Position numbers and translations under genes: made by a program. This document shows positions 10,258 through 21,508 of a stretch of 64,000 bases of DNA, one piece after another; the stretch's first letter is position 1, and the number at the start of each line of letters is the position of its first letter. The stretch is from Leptolyngbyaceae cyanobacterium (lineage in GTDB: Bacteria > Cyanobacteriota > Cyanobacteriia > Phormidesmidales > Phormidesmidaceae): the NCBI GenBank assembly GCA_965263355.1, contig CBDHHL010000056.1:384001-448000 (forward strand), in the 5' to 3' direction. The notes under the pieces are model-generated. The model was not told the DNA's origin. It saw only the letters and a program-made list of their open reading frames with translations, and ran no database searches.

Positions 10258-11316
10258 CTAAAGCAAAGACAACTGTTGATAGCCCAAGGCTTGGTCTGAG
10301 ACCAGGTTAGCGATCGCAACTCCCAATAATCTAACTTGCGACTGGGGCTCCAAATGATGCTCTAGCAACGCTTGGGCCAGTGGCTTTATCTCCGTTGCCT
10401 GCTGCAGAGGAGTCTCTACCGTACGGCTACGGGTAATCTGGCGATAATCCGCATATTTGATTTTGAGGGTGAGGGTATAGCCTATCTTCTTAGCCTTTAG
10501 CAATCGGTTCTCCACTTCATCCACAATCACAGTTAGGGCATCTGTCATCGCTTCCAGGGTATGCAGATCTTCGGTAAAGCTGCGTTCTGCACCAACAGAC
10601 TTACGAACACGATTAGGATTAACTTGGCGATTGTCCTGGGCATTGGCTACACGAAAATAGTGGTGGCCTACTTTGCCAAAGTTAGCCCTCAGATCTGACG
10701 CACTCCAACGTTGCAGATCTGCCCCTGATTCAATCCCTAGATGTCTCATTTTGCGAGCAGTAGCAGGACCGATACCGTGGAATTTCTCGATGGGAAGGGT
10801 GGCAATAAACGCCATCGCATCCTCTGGCAAAATGACATATAGGCCATCGGGCTTATTTACATCCGAGGCCATTTTGGCTAAGAACTTATTGATGGAAACA
10901 CCAGCAGATGCGGTCAGCTGGGTGGTTTCGACAATGCGTCGTTTAATGGTCTTGGCAGTTGCGATCGCAGATCCACCCTCCGTCACATCCAAATACGCCT
11001 CGTCTAGGGATAAAGGCTCCACCAGCTCGGTATAATCTCGAAAAATACTGCGAATCTGCTCTGATACCGATCGATACACATCAAACCGAGGACGCGCAAA
11101 AATCACATGGGGACATCGCTGAACCGCAACCCTTGATGGCATCGCCGAATGGATACCATAGCGTCGTGCCTCATAGCTAGCAGCAGCTACAGCTCCACGC
11201 TGTTCCGGACAACCACCCACCACTAACGGTTTATCTCGATACTCAGCATGGTCGCGTTGCTCAATGGACGCATAAAAGGCATCCATATCTATATGGAGAA
11301 TTTTACGATAATCCAC
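10258..11316 (-). CDS. dinB: DNA polymerase IV (Y family)
   Basis: KILHIDMDAFYASIE, AASYEAR, PLSLDEAYLD and NKFLAKMASD motifs. Confidence 0.96.
   Translation of the reverse strand: MDYRKILHIDMDAFYASIEQRDHAEYRDKPLVVGGCPEQRGAVAAASYEARRYGIHSAMPSRVAVQRCPHVIFARPRFDVYRSVSEQIRSIFRDYTELVEPLSLDEAYLDVTEGGSAIATAKTIKRRIVETTQLTASAGVSINKFLAKMASDVNKPDGLYVILPEDAMAFIATLPIEKFHGIGPATARKMRHLGIESGADLQRWSASDLRANFGKVGHHYFRVANAQDNRQVNPNRVRKSVGAERSFTEDLHTLEAMTDALTVIVDEVENRLLKAKKIGYTLTLKIKYADYRQITRSRTVETPLQQATEIKPLAQALLEHHLEPQSQVRLLGVAIANLVSDQALGYQQLSLL
10961..10968. repeat. HIP1 octamer GCGATCGC (example; about 20 copies seen, e.g. 33601, 44671, 50471, 50961)
   Basis: Recurrent exact GCGATCGC, the highly iterated palindrome typical of cyanobacteria. 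Confidence 0.9.
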
Positions 11317-11594
11317 ACTCCTCTAACGTTATTCACTAACACCCTACATAAACTGCTTTAGAAAATAGAGCAATCTTTCCTTAGAATCACCGAGGCAGTC
11401 AAAAGAAAACAATTGCTTCTAAAACCGTATTTTCCACGAAGATTCTCCTCAATGTGAACCTCTTTTGAAATTTGGAGTGTTCAGTTCCTCTCACACTATT
11501 CACAGTCAACACTATGGTCAAGACAAGTACTGCACAATCTACATAACAAAAATAAAATTGTTTTTAATTTTGGCACTGTAGCTATAGCCATACT

Positions 11595-11858
11595 TTGTCT
11601 GTCACTCACACAATTCCTGACAGAGGTAGAGCCATGCCCGTTATTAATTACGACAATCTTTTTTCAAGTTTATTTACCTGGGTTAAAATCGGCGCGTCTC
11701 TTTTCTTATTAGTCATACTCTTCAACAAGCTTATTGATACATGGCAAGATACGCCTCAAACCTTAGAGCAACAAAATCAGATTTTAGAAACGGTTGGTGA
11801 TAGTACCAAACGCCTCATAAAAAAGTCATCAGAAAAAGTAACTGAATACCTTCAATAG
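11595..11858 (+). CDS. Small single-TM hypothetical protein (true start probably ATG at 11634)
   Basis: One hydrophobic helix and a charged tail; AGAGG RBS-like sequence before the internal ATG. Confidence 0.55.
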   Translation: MSVTHTIPDRGRAMPVINYDNLFSSLFTWVKIGASLFLLVILFNKLIDTWQDTPQTLEQQNQILETVGDSTKRLIKKSSEKVTEYLQ

Positions 11859-11859
11859 G

Positions 11860-12471
11860 TTAAAGTAACTCCAATAAAATTAAATTAGCGACTTCCGTTC
11901 CCTGTAAATCCGACAGATCACTAGAATCATCATCAACCGATCGCACAGCTACCCTCAGCGCCTGTAAAATTGCTTGTAAGGGTGCTGACGCGTAAGCCGC
12001 CCTTAGCTGCTCACTGTTGAGACTGGCCACTAAACTATTAAACCGACTGACGACAAGCTCTAGATTAGCGGCACTCGCTGGAATAACATTAATATCGACT
12101 TCCACACCAATATCTTCAGAGATTTGGTCGACTAAAAAGTCTGCTGCTGTACTATCAAAGCTACCAGACAACAGCGTGTTAAATGCCTGAATTTCTTCTG
12201 TAGTCAGAGCCAGACTAGTATTACCCAGATCTACCTGACCTTGATCTACTACAGCCTGCAACGTACTTATCAATAAGTTGCTAGCTTCTAATGCCAAGGC
12301 TTGATCGACTAGTGCTCCTGTTGCAAACCCATCTCCTTGACCAGTCGTACCGGAATCAGTCTCAAAAACAGGCACAGAACCCGCCAATACTAAGTTGGGG
12401 GTAGCTGACAATAGCAATGTACTACTTAACAGTAAACAAACTTGTTTCAAATGCCGTTCTTTCATTGTCAT
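11860..12471 (-). CDS. Secreted acidic helical hypothetical protein
   Basis: Sec-type signal peptide (..PNLVLA|G), 203-aa ORF co-oriented with the upstream barrel-like gene. Confidence 0.7.
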   Translation of the reverse strand: MTMKERHLKQVCLLLSSTLLLSATPNLVLAGSVPVFETDSGTTGQGDGFATGALVDQALALEASNLLISTLQAVVDQGQVDLGNTSLALTTEEIQAFNTLLSGSFDSTAADFLVDQISEDIGVEVDINVIPASAANLELVVSRFNSLVASLNSEQLRAAYASAPLQAILQALRVAVRSVDDDSSDLSDLQGTEVANLILLELL

Positions 12472-12562
12472 TAAGGTAATTAGATTAGATTATTGTGAAT
12501 TCACTGATTCTAAGGAGTAGCTTTTGAAATTGAGCCTCAAATACAGGTATATTTGCCCAACA

Positions 12563-14320
12563 TTAAAACTTAAAACCATAGCCAAGAGATGCACTAAAAC
12601 GAATGCCCTCTCTGGTGTTGTCAGTCACATCTGACGCCCCAGCAGACAATACCAATGGGAACTCAAATGGTGCTGCAGAAACCCCTACATTGAGAGCGCT
12701 GCCAGTCCAACTACTAACAAGGGACATCTCAGGAATCACTCTCACTCCCACACTGCCAAAGAAGTTAGGTGGATTATCCCCAGCTGCAATAGCCCCTTTA
12801 GACCGAAAGCTCCCAGTCCCTAGACCAGCCGAAACAATTAGAGGCAAAGGGTTTGACTTATTGGGTTGTAGATCAAACCGCTGGGTTACCACACCGTAAA
12901 TAGTATCCTCCGCATCATCGGCATTGCCCCACGTAATGGGATTAGACCAACCCAATGCAACGGCCAGATTATCAGCCTCTGGAATAATTTTGTGGAGTTT
13001 AAAGCCAATCTGCCCATCATCCCCAAAACCATCCAAACTAATAATGCCGACATTAATCTCCACCCCCACAGATGAGATAGCATCACCAACCCCAGCCCCC
13101 AAACTGAGCGAGCCATCGGTATCACTCCGATCACCATCTGAAACGCCAGCAATACCAATAAAAGCATCCCCTTCATCAGCGCCATAGGCAGTGGGTGTGC
13201 CAAAACTGGATGCAGGCGCAGGAACCGGTGGTGGAAAGAATGGTGCATCAACCGATAACAGCTGACGCAGTTCTTCATCGGTCAAATCTTCTGGACTAAA
13301 GCTATCCCCTACCGAACCAGACGAGTCTGGAACAGGTATCTGGGCAAGGCTTGGTGCGTCTTCTTCCTGTTTTACAGATGAGGCTGGGTCCTCAGCAACC
13401 ACTGACGTATTGTGAGCATGTAAGCTAGGTGCATACACAACGCTTATAGGCACAGCTCCAGCCGGCAGAGGGGCCGTCGCAGCAGTAGTAAACGCGTCTC
13501 GGGATACTTGGGTAGTTTCCATAGAGTTCCCTGTATCCATGGAAGCATTCGGCTCAACAACAGGCTCAGCTACAGGCATACTCGGGGCAATCACCCGTGT
13601 AGATGGCAAAGCATCTGCTGTCACGTGGGCTAGAGAACTTGTGGTGGGCAGCTCCCGCGTAGCCGTAGCGACCAACTGTTTAAGTTTAGTGACCCTAACA
13701 TCAGACTGATCAACAACTTCAGCTTCAGATAATGGCTGCGTAACCGTAGACACCAAATGATCAAGCTTGGCTGCCGCACCACTGTTAATCGATAGATTAG
13801 CAGCTGCGTCTGATGGAGCAGGTACGGCAACTATTTCAGCCTCGAATTCAGGCACAGCTGTCTTAGATTGAGACTCTGGTGCAGGGTCTGGTAACTGTCG
13901 GGTAGCTGTAGATACTAAATGGTCAAGTCTAGCTGTATCACTGTCGTTAGTCAGAAAATCGGCAGCAGGGTCGGCAGCAGGCTTTAATGGTGCAGGTGCC
14001 ACAACTATTTCAGAATCAGAATCCGATTCAGGCTCAGTCACCTCAAGTTGAGGCTCGTTAGGAACAGATTGGGAACTAAACTCAGGCTGCTGCAGATCAT
14101 TGTCTGGAAGAATACCTTGGGCATTGGCTTCCACAGCAGCATTGGCAGATTCTGCAACATCCAGTTGAGCGGTTACAACCAGATCAACAACATTGTCACT
14201 AGCTGATTGCTCAGTGCTAGTACTCATTTCATTAGCACTAGCACGTCCTAAATTTGCTGAGGCAAATGTAGCGAGTAAGGTTAACCAGCCAATTAGGACT
14301 TTATCAGAGGGCTTAATCAC
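12563..14320 (-). CDS. Secreted protein with low-complexity N-terminus and C-terminal outer-membrane beta-barrel-like domain
   Basis: Signal peptide, Pro/Ala/Ser-rich region with three LDHLVST-type repeats, Gly-rich amphipathic strands ending FSASLGYGFKF (terminal Phe). Confidence 0.7.
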   Translation of the reverse strand: MIKPSDKVLIGWLTLLATFASANLGRASANEMSTSTEQSASDNVVDLVVTAQLDVAESANAAVEANAQGILPDNDLQQPEFSSQSVPNEPQLEVTEPESDSDSEIVVAPAPLKPAADPAADFLTNDSDTARLDHLVSTATRQLPDPAPESQSKTAVPEFEAEIVAVPAPSDAAANLSINSGAAAKLDHLVSTVTQPLSEAEVVDQSDVRVTKLKQLVATATRELPTTSSLAHVTADALPSTRVIAPSMPVAEPVVEPNASMDTGNSMETTQVSRDAFTTAATAPLPAGAVPISVVYAPSLHAHNTSVVAEDPASSVKQEEDAPSLAQIPVPDSSGSVGDSFSPEDLTDEELRQLLSVDAPFFPPPVPAPASSFGTPTAYGADEGDAFIGIAGVSDGDRSDTDGSLSLGAGVGDAISSVGVEINVGIISLDGFGDDGQIGFKLHKIIPEADNLAVALGWSNPITWGNADDAEDTIYGVVTQRFDLQPNKSNPLPLIVSAGLGTGSFRSKGAIAAGDNPPNFFGSVGVRVIPEMSLVSSWTGSALNVGVSAAPFEFPLVLSAGASDVTDNTREGIRFSASLGYGFKF

Positions 14321-14503
14321 AGTTGTATTCCCTTTAGCTAACTTATTTAATGAGCTCTAAAGTATGCAAATAGCTATTAAATAAAATAGCTGTACTAGTC
14401 TTGTTTTGAATACATTTCCCAAAAAAGATCGGAAATATAACAATAGACTCAAAATTTTTGGTGAATGAAAACAGCTCATTATTATTTATTAATAAATAGC
14501 ATA

Positions 14504-14534
14504 AGTGGGAAGGAAATTAAATCCCCTTCCCACT
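14504..14534 (-). terminator. Hairpin downstream of ilvC
   Basis: AGTGGGAAGG...CCTTCCCACT inverted repeat. Confidence 0.5.
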
Positions 14535-14602
14535 GATAAAATCTGAACAGCAGGCACTTGACCTTAACTGTTCCAGTTATTTTTTTACCTTGAAAAGCTG
14601 TC

Positions 14603-15667
<1,065 letters not shown>

Positions 15668-15901
15668 TCAGTAGTGCAGCCTTTTATCGTACCAAACCAC
15701 CTGCCACTGGTTTATTCATTCATACAAAGTCTGCATAAAATGTGGGGTGGGCACGGTCCACCAGGTAGGGGCGTTGACTGGTGCGTTCTGAGCTTACGGT
15801 TCAGGCATACACCACAAAAGGCAATGGCAGATAACGTAACGAAATGTGTTTGAATACAGGAGCTATAGTATGAGCGACCAAGTTTATTCGTGCTCGCGTC
15901 T

Positions 15902-16533
15902 ATAGTGGAAACTCTTCAGGCAAATAAAATCCCCTTGCACAACTTGCAGAGGATTTGGACCTGGTGGCAGACGCTACTGGGACTACATTTCTGGAATGGC
16001 AAGAGTTGATGCCGGAGTTAACCACTCGTGACGTTGAGGCCGTTGAGGGAATTAAACAGGAGTATTTGCATTTAGCCAGGTATGACCTGCTAGAACCTGT
16101 TGTTAAGCGAGTAATCCTGTCACCACTCTTAAAATTAGCTGGATTTTATCGTCCGCCCTTTTACATCGCAGCGGAAAAATTTATTGATTTAATCTCTCAG
16201 GATGGTGAGCTAACTGTACGGGGACAAATTTATATCCTGGTTTTTCAACCTAAATTTTGGGTGATTTTAATTGAGGCTAAACGCAGCTATTATTCTTTGA
16301 GAGCCGCTATTCCCCAACCCTTGGCATACATGATGGGGCAAGCTCAGCCCGTTAGTTTTGGATTTGTCACTAATGGTAGTGAGTTCCAGTTTCTTAAGTT
16401 GACTAACCAAAATGGCTGGCAATACAGCTTATCCCATACGTTTTCCTTAGATCGCAAAGACGACCTGCAACAGGTCATTCGGCCCCTGAGACACTTAGGA
16501 CAAGTAGTTACAAAAAATTCTAAGCAGCTATGA
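15902..16533 (+). pseudogene. Decayed HsdR-N-like PD-(D/E)xK nuclease (cyanobacterial 'restriction endonuclease subunit R' family)
   Basis: IEAK..., QPLAYM and FGFVTNGSEFQFLKL motifs. The family-like N-terminus (VETLQANKIPLHNLQ) lies in a different frame from 15905, and the expected catalytic Asp position reads IYIL. Confidence 0.6.
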
Positions 16534-16572
16534 AAAAACCGATGGGCTATGTATAGCAAAGCCCATCGGTTT
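16533..16572 (-). terminator. Intrinsic terminator of the PEP-CTERM gene (possibly bidirectional)
   Basis: AAAAAACCGATGGGCT...AGCCCATCGGTTT. Confidence 0.7.
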
Positions 16573-16608
16573 AAAGGGTGAATAGAAAATCTATTGACTG
16601 ACGGTCTC

Positions 16609-17475
16609 CTATGCCATCAAACGACGCCGTGCCAGCATACCACCGAGGACTACTAAACCTAACAAAGCACCGGGTTCAGGTGTTTGAGCCGTATCGTCTC
16701 CTTCTTCAAAATCAAAGGTGCTGTCGCTAAAACGGAAGGAATAGTTATCGGTCTCAAAACCACCGCCACCGGTTTGGGTGATTTTAATGCGATTAAACAA
16801 ACCAGTTTCTTGGTTTGCGTAGAAATGCACGTAACCGTTGTACTCGTTATTGTGGTGCGCTGCTTTGGTGGGCAGTTTAGAGTCACTCCCACCAAAAACA
16901 TTGTTATAGTCAAACAGGCCTAGGCTAGTTTCAATGCCATTGTCGTCAACGTTCAAAAACTCAAACTTGTTCTCAGGGCTCAGGGCTCCCCAGTTCATTC
17001 CAAAGTAGTTGAGACTGCTCGCTAAATCAACGGTGACCGAATTGCCTTGAAAAACTGCTAAATAATCTGAGGTATTTCTCTCAGCATTGGCACCAGTAGG
17101 AGCCCAAACGTTACTTTTGATATTTGTGCCATTGGCACCCAGGGCTTTATCAAAGGTGAATATCATGGACTCATCACCAAAGGTGTAAGCATTGTCTTGG
17201 CCTGCAACCGCCCTGCGAGCACTCGAATCATTGAAGTCAAGGGTAACGACACCCTCGTTGTAATAAAAATCAGAGAATGCTCCCAAGGTACCGTTGGGGT
17301 CATCGAGCAGGTTCATGCCCTTAGTTACCTTAGCGGTAATGCCATCAATAGAGAACTCGCTGTAAATCGGCAAAGACGCATCATCAAAATCATCTGCCTG
17401 AGCCAGAGGTGCAACTGTTAGGGGCGCTACGATAGTAATGGTTGTAGCTAGCAACATCTGATAAATACGCTTCAT
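16609..17475 (-). CDS. PEP-CTERM (exosortase-sorted) surface protein
   Basis: Signal peptide (..PLAQA|D) and C-terminal TPEP-GALLGLVVLGGML-ARRR sorting signal. Confidence 0.88.
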   Translation of the reverse strand: MKRIYQMLLATTITIVAPLTVAPLAQADDFDDASLPIYSEFSIDGITAKVTKGMNLLDDPNGTLGAFSDFYYNEGVVTLDFNDSSARRAVAGQDNAYTFGDESMIFTFDKALGANGTNIKSNVWAPTGANAERNTSDYLAVFQGNSVTVDLASSLNYFGMNWGALSPENKFEFLNVDDNGIETSLGLFDYNNVFGGSDSKLPTKAAHHNNEYNGYVHFYANQETGLFNRIKITQTGGGGFETDNYSFRFSDSTFDFEEGDDTAQTPEPGALLGLVVLGGMLARRRLMA

Positions 17476-17891
17476 GGTGAAATTTTGTTGTTTGATACTG
17501 AATGAATTATTTAAGCGAATTGTTGCAGACGTGCTCTCTGCTACATGCTTGTGATTAGTATCACCATTAGAGGGCTTACCCCCTAGGGGGAAATACCCCT
17601 AAAATAGAAGCGCCAAACCTTTAGTTGGTTTTACAGTGGGTAACGTTAAATTGAGGCAACAAGTGTCTATAAATCAGTAAATACGCTTAGGAAAATCGTT
17701 CACGTAACATGTTGATTAGCTAGTTTGATCTACTTGGCTTAACTGAATTCATAGTACTGGCCTACGTCTTACCCCGGAGTCGGGTTAGACCAGCTCCATT
17801 GCCAGTCGTAATCATTTCAAAAGCTTTATTCAACTCACCGCTTCAATTTCAAGAACAGAAAACAGAATCATTTCGATTCTGTACAAAAGAA

Positions 17892-17926
17892 CAACCAGTA
17901 AAGAGTAAATTCTCTTCACTGGTTGC
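17892..17926 (-). terminator. Hairpin downstream of gatA
   Basis: CAACCAGTAAAGAG...CTCTTCACTGGTTG imperfect inverted repeat. Confidence 0.5.
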
Positions 17927-17968
17927 CCTTCATCAAGTTATGACTCTAGTTTTTAGTTTTACGTTGCT

Positions 17969-19414
17969 CTAGATCTGTGGCATCTGCTCATGCCAGGGAG
18001 TAGCTGTTTCGTAGGCCGATGCAACTTCAAACAGAATATCTTCTCGTAAAACATTACTAATCAGTTGCATACCAATGGGTAACCCTGCCCCGTCAAAACC
18101 ACAGGGCAAACTAATACCTGGTAAACCTGCCAAGTTCACTGTAATTGTCATCAGGTCAGATAAATACATGCTGAGGGGATCATCAACCTTTTCCCCTGCC
18201 TTAAACGCCGTACTGGGCACCGTAGGTGTCAGCAACACGTCCACATCTTTAAACGCCGCTTCAAAATCTTGCTTGATCAAGGTACGCACCTTCTGGGCCT
18301 GAAGGTAATAGGCATCGTAGTAACCGGCAGAGAGGGCATAGGTACCAATCATGATGCGGCGCTTTACCTCAGGACCAAACCCTTCTGCACGGGTCTGCTT
18401 GTACAGGTCAAGTAGGTTGTCAGTCTGAGCCCGCTGACCATAGCGAACACCGTCATAGCGCGCCAAGTTTGATGAGGCTTCTGACGGGGCAATGATGTAG
18501 TAGGTGGGTAAACCGTATTTGAAGTTGGGGCAGGAAATTTCGACAATGTCAGCCCCCAGTTCCTTCATCTGCTCAACTACGTCATCCATGGCTTTAGCCA
18601 CATCATCGTCTACTCCTTCGCCAAAGGTTTCTTGAATCAAACCGATGCGCTTACCCTTGAGGTCAGTCTTTAAATGTTGGGTATAGTCAGGAATCTTAAC
18701 CTTCAAACTGGTGGAATCTTTGACATCGTGTCCCGCAATGACCTGTAGCAAAATCGCCGCATCCTCCACTGTGCGACTAAAGGGACCAATCTGATCCAAC
18801 GAGGACGCAAACGCTACTAGACCATAACGGGACACCAGTCCATAGGTAGGCTTCATTCCTACCACACCACAGTAGGCTGCCGGCTGGCGGATGGAGCCCC
18901 CAGTATCTGAGCCCAGGGAAATGGGAGCTTGATCGGCAGCAACAGCAGCAGCAGATCCACCGGAAGACCCACCGGGTACACGGTCGATATCCCAAGGATT
19001 AGCCGTTAGCTGATAGGCCGAATTTTCGGTGGAGCTGCCCATGGCAAACTCATCCATATTAGTCTTGCCGAGGAAAATAGCCCCCGCATTTGCCAAACGC
19101 TGGGTTACTGTCGACTCATAGGGAGGGATAAATCCGGCCAAAATTTTGGACGCGCAGGTGGTGTGGATACCTTTGGTGCAGAGATTATCCTTCAGGGCAA
19201 TGGGGATGCCGGTTAAGGGACCTAAGGGGGCTCCTGCTGCGATCGCAGCATCTACCTGCTGAGCCTGGGCCAATGCCTTGTCAGCCGTCACCGTCAAAAA
19301 GCTATGGAGTTTGGGCTCTAACGCCTGCAATCGGTCTAAATAATCCTGAGTAATTTCAACCGCAGTACGCTCTTTTTGGGTGAGCTGTTGCTGCAACTTG
19401 CGAATGACTGACAT
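17969..19414 (-). CDS. gatA: Asp-tRNA(Asn)/Glu-tRNA(Gln) amidotransferase subunit A
   Basis: Amidase signature [24 protein letters not shown], and [22 protein letters not shown]. Confidence 0.98.
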   Translation of the reverse strand: MSVIRKLQQQLTQKERTAVEITQDYLDRLQALEPKLHSFLTVTADKALAQAQQVDAAIAAGAPLGPLTGIPIALKDNLCTKGIHTTCASKILAGFIPPYESTVTQRLANAGAIFLGKTNMDEFAMGSSTENSAYQLTANPWDIDRVPGGSSGGSAAAVAADQAPISLGSDTGGSIRQPAAYCGVVGMKPTYGLVSRYGLVAFASSLDQIGPFSRTVEDAAILLQVIAGHDVKDSTSLKVKIPDYTQHLKTDLKGKRIGLIQETFGEGVDDDVAKAMDDVVEQMKELGADIVEISCPNFKYGLPTYYIIAPSEASSNLARYDGVRYGQRAQTDNLLDLYKQTRAEGFGPEVKRRIMIGTYALSAGYYDAYYLQAQKVRTLIKQDFEAAFKDVDVLLTPTVPSTAFKAGEKVDDPLSMYLSDLMTITVNLAGLPGISLPCGFDGAGLPIGMQLISNVLREDILFEVASAYETATPWHEQMPQI

Positions 19415-19767
19415 TCGGGCTCCTTCAGTATGCCTAGCAATTCCAAGCTAACAGTATAGGTGGGAATGGCAGCAATGGAACGAATACCCTAAACTGCAAT
19501 CTATCCTGTCCTGGTATTGTCTTTAAACAAGACACCATTGACAAAACACTGTAAAAATTATGCTGACAAAATAATTTTTTCGGGTGTGGAGATAAGTTGG
19601 GTGAAAGAAGATTCAGCCCTATGGATCTCAGCTGCCGCATCAATGTTTTGGGGGAAATGTGTAGCTGGGTACAATCTTGCTTATTATCTTTGCTATTAAA
19701 TCTTTAATAGGTTACTGAGTGTATTTAGTAACTTAGGGCTATCAAAAGAACTACGAGTAGACATTGC

Positions 19768-21201
19768 TTGTCCTTAACTCAATTCCCTGAGAATCATCTG
19801 CGTTATCGTTATTCCGGTTTATCAGCGTATATGTTCCTCTTTCGTTCCCCAGCTAAACCTATATGGCGTCGGACTTGGCTACGTCTGCTACTGATATCTA
19901 GCAGCACCCTTGGGTTTATGGCATTGGTGGCTTCTCAACTGCCATCTGAGTGGACACAAAAACTTGAACCACTGATGGATTTTTCTACAGCCCATGCTGA
20001 TGCTGCCGCCCCATCACCATCTACTCCCCAGGATGAGACCTCCTCGATCGAACTGCGTCAGATCAACACTGAAGGGATTGTCAGGCCTTATTTAACCTTA
20101 AATAAGCTGAGCTACAGTTTGACCCAGCGCGCACTTGAACAAGAGCAAGCTGCCGTTAGCTATAGGAGTGCGATCGCGCTAGCCCAGCAAGCCTTAGCCT
20201 TACGTCAGCAAGGCCATAGTCTTGAGCTAAGTGAACAGGAAAAAGCCCTTTGGCACAAAGCGATTCGTACCCTTGAGACTGTAAATAGTAACGCAGAGCA
20301 GTACCCCCAAGCCCAGGCAAAATTAAGAGAGTATAGCAACGTAGCAACGTATGTTAGTCGTCGCATTAACCAGCAACGCTCCGATTTTCTAGTTCCAATC
20401 GCCAGCGAACGCGGCGACCCCGATACGGTACGCATTTCCCTCTGTCAGTTAGGGACCGATGAATGTCGTTCATTTCGGGGTGATGTGCCCCCTACCAGCC
20501 TTGCCAGCTTAGTAAAACTGCCCATTGCTGTGGCTTTAATGCATCAAGTAACCCAGGGTAAAGCTAGTTTAGATGAGCAGATTTATATTGAACCTAGTAA
20601 TTTCACTGAAAATGCCCAGGGTGCAAAAATTTTTGTCAATAAGACCTACACCCTACGAGAAGTCATGGTTCGCATGATTACTGAGAGCAATAACATTGCT
20701 ACCAATCAGTTGATCGACTATATGGGCTATGACATCATCAACGAAGCACTTAAATCAGAAGGGTTTTCAGACACTACCGTAGGTCATAAACTCGTTGGCA
20801 CCAGCACCTACCCTCAAAGTATGGGCTCAGGCAAAAACCGCAGCACTGCGGATGAACTGACGCAGATGATGATGCGAATCTATAGTTTTACCAAGGCTAG
20901 TGATGAGGAAATCCTCAACGCCCTGGTGGGGCAATATGACCTTGATTTTGGCTATCGAGCCCTAATCAAGGAAAAACCTGATATTTTTTGGATTGGTGAA
21001 AAAACTGGTCAAAATTCTTCTGTTATTGGCAGTACCGTCGCCTTTAAGGTGGGTGAAGAGCGCTATGTCATGACCGTAACTATCGACGAAAGTGCAAACC
21101 AGGACCGACTGCGGCAGATTATCCGAGATGTGGCTCGCCATGTTTTAGAAAACGGACCTTTAGACCAATCGGTAGTGCCTAAATTAGCGCAGAAAATTTA
21201 G
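19768..21201 (+). CDS. Membrane-anchored class A beta-lactamase-like serine hydrolase (PBP-A type); start may be ATG at 19831
   Basis: SxxK (ASLVK), SxN (SNN) and KTG motifs; N-terminal TM segment and helical linker. Confidence 0.82.
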   Translation: MSLTQFPENHLRYRYSGLSAYMFLFRSPAKPIWRRTWLRLLLISSSTLGFMALVASQLPSEWTQKLEPLMDFSTAHADAAAPSPSTPQDETSSIELRQINTEGIVRPYLTLNKLSYSLTQRALEQEQAAVSYRSAIALAQQALALRQQGHSLELSEQEKALWHKAIRTLETVNSNAEQYPQAQAKLREYSNVATYVSRRINQQRSDFLVPIASERGDPDTVRISLCQLGTDECRSFRGDVPPTSLASLVKLPIAVALMHQVTQGKASLDEQIYIEPSNFTENAQGAKIFVNKTYTLREVMVRMITESNNIATNQLIDYMGYDIINEALKSEGFSDTTVGHKLVGTSTYPQSMGSGKNRSTADELTQMMMRIYSFTKASDEEILNALVGQYDLDFGYRALIKEKPDIFWIGEKTGQNSSVIGSTVAFKVGEERYVMTVTIDESANQDRLRQIIRDVARHVLENGPLDQSVVPKLAQKI

Positions 21202-21508
21202 GCATTCTGAACAATATTTTTACCAGTTTGGCACCCTGGAAATTTTCAATTTTCGCTAACGAACGTGAACATAGAAATTTTTCCTATGTAGTTTTTTCCT
21301 ATGCAGTTTATTAAGCTGTAAGAATCAGAGTAGCGAGCCATTACATTTGCCCAACTTATAAAGCCGATAGGAATTATTGTGGACGGTTCCGTTTGTCGGG
21401 TATATCAGGACACAAACCAAAAATAATTTGTTTCAACCTCTTGTCAAGGATTGGATACACCCTCAAACTAAATAATGAATTAACAAACTGCGCAAGTGAG
21501 ACAATCCT

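Noticed and set aside
11317..11594. LexA box upstream of dinB
   Set aside because: Only a half-site-like AGTAC is present, with no complete cyanobacterial LexA consensus.
21278..21307. 15-bp direct repeat TTTTTCCTATG(T/C)AGT upstream of glgC (similar CCGTCTTACCTG x2 near 30953)
   Set aside because: Only two short copies, which is compatible with simple slippage, and no further support for function.
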